NCBI GenBank assembly: GCA_964397315.1
Contig: CAYNHV010000009.1
Location: forward strand, 1 to 41,843
Origin: an uncultured Methanosarcinales archaeon
GTDB taxonomy: Archaea; Nanobdellota; Nanobdellia; Woesearchaeales; UBA12501
Length of the DNA stretch: 41,843 bases
Direction of reading: 5' to 3'
Of the stretch, positions 36,276 to 41,843 are shown in pieces; the first letter of the stretch is position 1, and the number at the start of each line of letters is the position of its first letter. A program made the position numbers and the translations under genes. The notes under the pieces are model-generated. The model was given only the letters and a program-made list of their open reading frames with translations, made no database searches and was not told the origin of the DNA.

Positions 36276-37661
36276 TCAGTAGACAAATCCGTGAGCAGCC
36301 TTTATCCTTTTCATGAAATGATAAAGCTTTGTTGTTGCAAATTCAGCTGCATCCTTTTTTGCATCCTGCGCCTCAAGCATCTCCTTCTTGGAGGGCTTTT
36401 TTGGCTTGCTGCCCCCTCCGGTGAATGCTGTTCCAAGCTCTCCAAGTCCCTTGAAAACAGATGCGAAAGGGTCAAGCATTGAGGGTGTCCTGGGCTTTGC
36501 CGGCGCGCTTTCAGCCTCAAAACTCTCTCCTGCCTCTGAGAGGTACTGCTCAAGCTCATCTCCAAGGGCAGTGTAAGCTGCCTGAACTGAGCTGTCAATC
36601 GTCCCGAGGAGCTCAAAGTCCTCTCTTGCCCTGAACTTCTTGTACTTCTCAAGCTGCTCTTTTGTCCATACATACGTCCTGAAGGTCATTACGGTCCTTC
36701 CGACATGAATGGGGCCTCTCTGGTAGCCCTCCTGTATGTATTTCATCTCAGGCCTTGACCTGTAATCAAAATGGCAGTTGAGTATCGCATACACCTTTCC
36801 GCCTGCAAACGGCTTCATGGCAAGCGTCTCTATCTCCACAAGGGATCCCTCAAACGCGGATATCAGCTTTGCAGAGTCTGTCTTTTCCTGGTCCATCTTG
36901 ATCCTTCTTATGGTCTTCAGGTAGGGCTTGACCCATGTCATGTACATCTTTATTATCTCATAATGCTGCCTGAGGTATTTTATGGTGAAAGTCCTTCTTG
37001 TGTGGTGCTCCTTGTATGTCTTCTCCCTCCATATGAGGAAGGTCTTCAGCTTTCTTGACAGCACCTCCTTGACCTTCCTGTTGAACTTGAGCGAGGCCAC
37101 GTAATCGTCCACCTTGCTTGACTCCATGGACGGCGCTGCGAAGAAAAGGTCAGGCAGTGTCACAAACCCGAGCTCTCTTGACATTCCATAGACCGAGGCA
37201 GGGTTCTTTGCGCCGCCCTCAACAAGGTCTATCCAATACCCCTTGAGGCTTATCTCTGCAGCCTCGTCTCCCTTGTTGCTCTTCTCATACAGCTCAAGCC
37301 TCTCGTCAATTATCCTTACCTCCCTGACAAGCTGGAAAAGCTCCTTTACCATCTTCCCTATTGTGGCCAGAAACTGGCTTACCTTGTCCTGATAGAGGCC
37401 CAGCCTCTGCATGGCAACGCCTGAGAATGCCGAGTGCTCAGAGGCGGCGAACACGTCCTGAATCTTCAGGAATTCGGTGAAGCCCTCCTCCTCGTGCAGG
37501 TTGTCAACAGCCCAGAAGTAAAGCTCCTCTATGGACTGGTTGTAAATCTCATAGGCCAGCCTCACCCTGTTTCCCGGCTTGGGCCAGCCAGTATGCATAT
37601 TGTGCTCCAGCACCTCTTCAGCATACTCCTCCTCAAAGTCAAAGTCCTTTATGCTCACCAT
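36276..37661 (-). CDS. Hypothetical protein (461 aa)
   Basis: Long ORF with typical codon usage; WIDLVEGG, GFVTLPDLFF and WVKPYL look like conserved blocks. Confidence 0.8.
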   Translation of the reverse strand: MVSIKDFDFEEEYAEEVLEHNMHTGWPKPGNRVRLAYEIYNQSIEELYFWAVDNLHEEEGFTEFLKIQDVFAASEHSAFSGVAMQRLGLYQDKVSQFLATIGKMVKELFQLVREVRIIDERLELYEKSNKGDEAAEISLKGYWIDLVEGGAKNPASVYGMSRELGFVTLPDLFFAAPSMESSKVDDYVASLKFNRKVKEVLSRKLKTFLIWREKTYKEHHTRRTFTIKYLRQHYEIIKMYMTWVKPYLKTIRRIKMDQEKTDSAKLISAFEGSLVEIETLAMKPFAGGKVYAILNCHFDYRSRPEMKYIQEGYQRGPIHVGRTVMTFRTYVWTKEQLEKYKKFRAREDFELLGTIDSSVQAAYTALGDELEQYLSEAGESFEAESAPAKPRTPSMLDPFASVFKGLGELGTAFTGGGSKPKKPSKKEMLEAQDAKKDAAEFATTKLYHFMKRIKAAHGFVY

Positions 37662-37765
37662 TTTTTTCTTTTTTTCTGCTTATTTTATTTCCTGCTCTCA
37701 GGCTTCCTGAGCCGTGCTTGACGCTTGGCTTGCCGCTTGTTATGCATTAATTAGGCCTTGTTTAT

Positions 37766-38110
37766 TTAAATAATTTTTTGTTCTTCTGCAGCTTGTCGCA
37801 CCCTTCTTGTTCTTCTTTCCAGCTCCTTAAAGTAGACTGCAGTGAATCCTGCTGTGCTGATAAGCAGGGAGTTTGTGCTTCTGGCTATCCTTTCCGCAGT
37901 CTCTCTCTTGTCATTAAAGCTGAGGAATGACTTAAGGAATTTGACCTTCACAAGCCCTTTCCTCTTCAGCTGCTTCTTAACCTCATTTATTGACTCTGCA
38001 GACAGGCCGTTCTTCCCTACCTGCACAGACGGCTTCATAAGTCTTGCCTTTGACCTCAGAGTTTGCGTATCTGCATTGACTGCCATCAGATCACCCTCTT
38101 GGATGCTCAT
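37766..38110 (-). CDS. yhbY: YhbY/CRM-domain RNA-binding protein
   Basis: LRSKA..MKPSVQVGKNGL...LVKVKFL. Confidence 0.85.
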   Translation of the reverse strand: MSIQEGDLMAVNADTQTLRSKARLMKPSVQVGKNGLSAESINEVKKQLKRKGLVKVKFLKSFLSFNDKRETAERIARSTNSLLISTAGFTAVYFKELERRTRRVRQAAEEQKII

Positions 38111-38247
38111 GCCCCAGATCCCTCCTGCTGTCCACCTCTTTTCTGGAGCTTTTCTTTCTCAATGAGTTTTCAGGGTTGTTTAATAATGTTTTCACTTTCA
38201 CCTGTAACAAAAATCCGCAGCTCGCTTTTGACAAGCTGATTTTTGGA

Positions 38248-38304
38248 ACTTTTAAAAGCCTTCATCTCCGCACTAAAGTGCGGAGCCTCCGGCTTATTAA
38301 AAGT
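38248..38304. repeat. Nested hairpin sharing the family P module
   Basis: ACTTTTAA-AAGCC..CTCCGCACT-AA-AGTGCGGAG..GGCTT-A-TTAAAAGT; overlaps the nnrD stop. Confidence 0.7.
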
Positions 38305-39106
38305 AAAATCTGTGCAGGTTCTTTGTTATGTCTGATGCTATGAAAGTCCTTCCGAACCTTCTTTTAAGATAATCTCCTGTCTTTCCGTTGAGGTATGCTG
38401 CCATGCACGCTGACCTGAAGAGGTCTCTGGTCTGGGCTATGAAGCCCGCGCACAGGCCTGCAAGCACGTCTCCTGTGCCTGCTTTTGCCATCACACTATT
38501 GCCTGTCCTGTTCAATGCCACACTGTCTTTTGAGATTATCCTGTCAATATGGCCTTTCTGAATTATCACATTAGTGCTGAGGCTTTCCCTGAGATGCCTG
38601 TCTGATATCCTGCTGTTCCTCAGCAGTATCTCAAGCTCTTTCATGTGCGGCGTGAGTACTGCATTTTTCAGCTCTTTGATTCTTACTGCCTTGAGCGCGT
38701 CAGCGTCAATCACCTTTGGCCCGGTGATTTTTTTTGATGCCTGCCTCGCGAATGACAATGAGCCTTTGCTCCTTCCCATGCCAGGCCCTATGAGGGTGAC
38801 GTCATGCTCTCTTGAGAGCTTTACTGCTGCGCTGACATTGGCCTGCGACAAGTTCCTGCACCTGAGCTTCTTTGTTATTATGTCAGGAAGCAGCGAGTTT
38901 ATGGCCCATGCTGTTTTCTCAGGCGCAGCTACTGTCACAAGGTCTGCTCCTGACCTGAGCACAGCCTCTGCAGCCATCGCAGCCATTGCAGGTGCGCCTG
39001 CATAATCCTCGCTTCCGCCCACTATAAGGGCCCTGCCGTAATCTCCCTTGCGGGCTGTTTTCTTCCTCTCCCTGAGATTCAGTATTGAGCTGGTGAGGTA
39101 TTTCAT
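38297..39106 (-). CDS. nnrD: ADP-dependent NAD(P)HX dehydratase
   Basis: KGDYGRALIVGGS.DYAGAP, IGPGMG, IDADAL, LTPH..E, AGTGDVLAG. Confidence 0.93.
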   Translation of the reverse strand: MKYLTSSILNLRERKKTARKGDYGRALIVGGSEDYAGAPAMAAMAAEAVLRSGADLVTVAAPEKTAWAINSLLPDIITKKLRCRNLSQANVSAAVKLSREHDVTLIGPGMGRSKGSLSFARQASKKITGPKVIDADALKAVRIKELKNAVLTPHMKELEILLRNSRISDRHLRESLSTNVIIQKGHIDRIISKDSVALNRTGNSVMAKAGTGDVLAGLCAGFIAQTRDLFRSACMAAYLNGKTGDYLKRRFGRTFIASDITKNLHRFYF

Positions 39107-39576
39107 TGCAGCATCCTCTCCATGAGCATCAGCTTGTCAGCAAACCTCTTGCCCATGTATAGTTTTCTTGCCTCATTATTGCAGGAATGCACCATAAGGT
39201 ATGTCTGCTTGAGGTTTCTTTTGCTTGCCCACTCTACTGCCCGGTCAAGCAGCATGGAGCCTATTCCTGACCTTCTGAAGCCTTTTCTTGTGTAAAGGTT
39301 GAACACATGGGCCTTCTTCCTGTGCTTCATTGACGCTGGATTCTTTTCTTTCTTGACTCCGCAATAACCAGCAGGGCTGTTGTCATGGTAGGCTATGAAA
39401 AAGGCGCAGTCTTTTTTTCTCAGGGATATTCCAAGCTGGGAAGGCAGGCCTCTTCTGAACCATCCCTTGTTTATGTTGCTGTCTATCCGCGCCATCTGCT
39501 GGAAGAACTCCTGCTTCATCTGCTTCAGGCTCTCAAAATCCCTTGTTCCTGCTTTCTTTATCTTCACTCCTTTCAT
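39103..39576 (-). CDS. GNAT family N-acetyltransferase
   Basis: FRRSGIGS.LL, N.EAR.LY. Confidence 0.9.
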   Translation of the reverse strand: MKGVKIKKAGTRDFESLKQMKQEFFQQMARIDSNINKGWFRRGLPSQLGISLRKKDCAFFIAYHDNSPAGYCGVKKEKNPASMKHRKKAHVFNLYTRKGFRRSGIGSMLLDRAVEWASKRNLKQTYLMVHSCNNEARKLYMGKRFADKLMLMERMLQ

Positions 39577-39710
39577 TTTTCCATGAACATGTCCAGCATT
39601 GAGTCCTGGCAGGCATCCACCTCAAACCGCGACGGCTTCCTGTGCATGGCCCTGTGGTGCTCCACAACCATCTCTTTTGTATCCTTAAAGTCTGTCAGTC
39701 TTTTGTTCAT
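39573..39710 (-). CDS. 45-aa hypothetical protein (missing from the ORF track)
   Basis: MNKRLTDFKD...QDSMLDMFMEK; GAGGTGAT RBS; ATGA overlap with GNAT. Confidence 0.6.
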   Translation of the reverse strand: MNKRLTDFKDTKEMVVEHHRAMHRKPSRFEVDACQDSMLDMFMEK

Positions 39711-39797
39711 CCGCAGATCACCTCTTCATTTTTTGTTACTCTTTTTTGTTTGCTCCTGTTTTGCTCTTCCTTGCTCCTGTCTCCAGCCTGCCTCTGT

Positions 39798-39941
39798 CTA
39801 TTTCGGGCTGAGGATGATATTGCCCGTGTCATCAAGGGATACCCTTATGAGGTCTCCTTTTTTCCACCCCTTGGCCTCTATAATGGCTTTTGGGAGCGTC
39901 AGCTTGTACTGCTTGTTCTGGTCATACTGCAGCTTTACCAT
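39798..39941 (-). CDS. 47-aa AbrB/MazE-family protein (missing from the ORF track)
   Basis: MVKLQYDQNKQYKLTLPKAIIEAKGWKKGDLIRVSLDDTGNIILSPK. Confidence 0.8.
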   Translation of the reverse strand: MVKLQYDQNKQYKLTLPKAIIEAKGWKKGDLIRVSLDDTGNIILSPK

Positions 39942-40174
39942 GATTGCCTGCCTTCACGCATATATATTATACATATTTTTATGCCTTACTTAATACAACT
40001 TTATATATCTTTTTTAAGGTATTTTTTTATGCATATTTAAATGTTGCGGTTCTTTAAAGCCAATAAAGGGCGCATATACTGGCCTGAGAGGGTTGAAGCA
40101 GTTACTCAAATAGAGTGGCCAGAGAGGGGTCAGGGATAGGATTTATATAGTTGAACTGCAATGATACTGGCACA

Positions 40175-40702
40175 ATGATAGATGATGGCCTGCAGGAGGA
40201 CTTTGACGGAAAGTACGGCTTTGTGGTGTATAATCTGCTTCCCGGCCTGTTCATAGGCATTGATGACAATTATTTTGAGGTTAAAGAGGGATGCAACATA
40301 AGGCTTCACTCAGAGTCAGAATTCTCCCACAATATGATAATAAGAGGAAAACGCACCAGGGCGGCCATAAACATATACAGCATGATGGGTGTTGACAGGG
40401 AAATCCATCCCAATAATGCTGTTGCAAGCCTCATAAAGCCTGAGGAGGTGGGGGGCCTTGATGTAGCGCTGCTGTATGACCATATTCCTGAGTTTGTGAG
40501 GTTTGGAAAGGAACAGATAGGAGATGATATTGATTTAAGACAGCTTAGGGGCATTGACGCAGGCGCGGTTATGTCAATGAAGAGAATTGCTGTTTACATG
40601 CAGGAGGGAAAAGAAAGGTTCATGTTTGTTCTGGACCTAAAAGACAGACTTGAAAAATACATTCCAGGACACCTTGAATGTGAGAAACCCATCTACAGAT
40701 GA
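40175..40702 (+). CDS. Hypothetical protein
   Basis: ORF after a TTTATATA box; no motif recognised. Confidence 0.65.
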   Translation: MIDDGLQEDFDGKYGFVVYNLLPGLFIGIDDNYFEVKEGCNIRLHSESEFSHNMIIRGKRTRAAINIYSMMGVDREIHPNNAVASLIKPEEVGGLDVALLYDHIPEFVRFGKEQIGDDIDLRQLRGIDAGAVMSMKRIAVYMQEGKERFMFVLDLKDRLEKYIPGHLECEKPIYR

Positions 40703-40750
40703 TTTATAGAATACATGTGCGGACTAAGGCAGTCTACCACTGTCCACGTC

Positions 40751-41344
40751 TCACTTCTTCTTGTGATGAGTCCACCCATAGAGGGTGTCATATATTACAT
40801 TTGCTCCCTGCATGGCCGAGTTCAGGCTTTTCTTTGCAAGCGCGTTTGCCTGTTTCAGCCTTGTGTTAACGCTGTCCTTCACATAACTTAAGAAAAAGTT
40901 TCCCCATGGCTTGTCATAATCCCCTCCATGAAGCCTCTGCTGGGGGTCTGTTGTCTTCCTGAACTTGTAGAGCGTGAAGTCATCTGCAGCAGCAGCCTCT
41001 TCAGGATCAATGGAAGGCTGAACATAAGGTCCTTCAACCTCAACCTCTGAGCTGTACTCCTTAAGATCCTTGCCAGCAGAATAATCAGCTGATGATGCGC
41101 CATTCTCTGCATTTTTCTCCTCTATCTCCTCATGGACCTTATCAACAACCTCGCTCACTTCCTGCTGCGCGCTGGAGCTTGACTGCTCTGTCTCAGCTGA
41201 TTTTAACACTTCTGAGAGATCCTCAGGCTTGACAGGCTTCTTCCTTTTTTTGGCCTTCTTTTTCCCTCCATTCCTGCCTGAAGCCGGTCTCCTGCCTTCT
41301 GCTGATTTCCTGTTTGGCTTGCGCTTATCCGGAGGTTCTGTCAT
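40751..41344 (-). CDS. Hypothetical protein, basic N-terminus and acidic middle
   Basis: 197-aa ORF with typical codon usage. Confidence 0.65.
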   Translation of the reverse strand: MTEPPDKRKPNRKSAEGRRPASGRNGGKKKAKKRKKPVKPEDLSEVLKSAETEQSSSSAQQEVSEVVDKVHEEIEEKNAENGASSADYSAGKDLKEYSSEVEVEGPYVQPSIDPEEAAAADDFTLYKFRKTTDPQQRLHGGDYDKPWGNFFLSYVKDSVNTRLKQANALAKKSLNSAMQGANVIYDTLYGWTHHKKK

Positions 41345-41584
41345 GCTTCATGCCCTTTAACAGCAGGCAACACAGGGCTCTGCATTACCTTATCAATATC
41401 CCACTGGGGTATAAAAGGAAAAATCGCCTTAAACAGCGCCTGTGAACGCGCCCAACACACCCCTTTTGGCGTAATAACAAGTGTTTAAAGTTATGATATT
41501 TAAATATTTTGAAGTTAAACTGCAGCCGGCCTGATGATTTCAGGCATTTCCCACCCCATCAGTAAGGATATCTTCTTATTTCAG

Positions 41585-41843
41585 ATTCCAGGTGCTTCCT
41601 AGGGGATTTATGAGCTTATGATTCCTGCTAATTCCCTCCCTTGCGAAGCTGGGTTAATGCTGATAAATCCAGATTCTTCCCACCCTTGCGAAGCTGGGTT
41701 AATGCTGATAGCTCCTGGTAATTCCCACCCTTACTGCACAACCGCCCCACAGGTTTTTTCCTTCCAAAACCGCACAACTCCCCCGCTCCTGCCTCCAATA
41801 AGCCCACCCAATCATATGCTTAAAGCGCTCTGTGGAGTTGGTG
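41585..41843 (-). repeat. Repeat family R, locus 5 (reverse, cut by window end) with 45-bp tandem tail
   Basis: Core reverse complement at 41790-41843; CCCTTGCGAAGCTGGGTTAATGCTGATA at 41638 and 41683. Confidence 0.85.

Noticed and set aside
27558..39993. Long antisense ORFs such as 27558-28175, 34537-35079 and 39385-39993
   Set aside because: They overlap better-supported genes on the opposite strand and have S/L/F-rich shadow composition
41585..41730. CRISPR array in the 45-bp tandem units or R repeats
   Set aside because: Only two exact units, intervening parts are short and related, and no cas genes are present
8006..41843. Diversity-generating retroelement TR/VR pairs among R copies
   Set aside because: Differences are not adenine-specific, copies are intergenic and no reverse transcriptase is present

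Overview
Archaeal chromosomal segment, most likely from a DPANN/Nanobdellota (Woesearchaeales-like) genome. This assignment is inferred from rpl37e/rps8e/rpl44e/rps27e, Lsm, GINS, an acidic S-layer protein, GGAGGTG/GGTGA ribosome-binding sites, TTTATA TATA boxes and a BHB-intron tRNA. Core genes are interleaved with about 10 small toxin-antitoxin-like modules, three of which have deleted toxin genes. No integrase, transposase, RT or cas gene is visible. The most notable non-coding signals are: (1) a winged-helix gene (7184-7735) surrounded by at least 7 same-strand TGTCGG-A-rich-CC boxes and AT-rich DNA, a candidate origin/initiator or centromere/binder pair; (2) a ~240-bp structured repeat family at five loci spaced 7-10 kb apart; (3) two ~0.75-kb TA micro-cassettes bounded by direct repeats that duplicate the end of a host gene; (4) a ~200-nt structured, possibly two-state RNA right after a DIP1984-like gene; (5) tRNA-Leu(TAG) with two introns and a 7-nt middle exon, followed by a 121-bp tandem array of its 3' end; (6) nested, modular hairpin elements. 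Family names come from motif recognition by eye, not from database searches.
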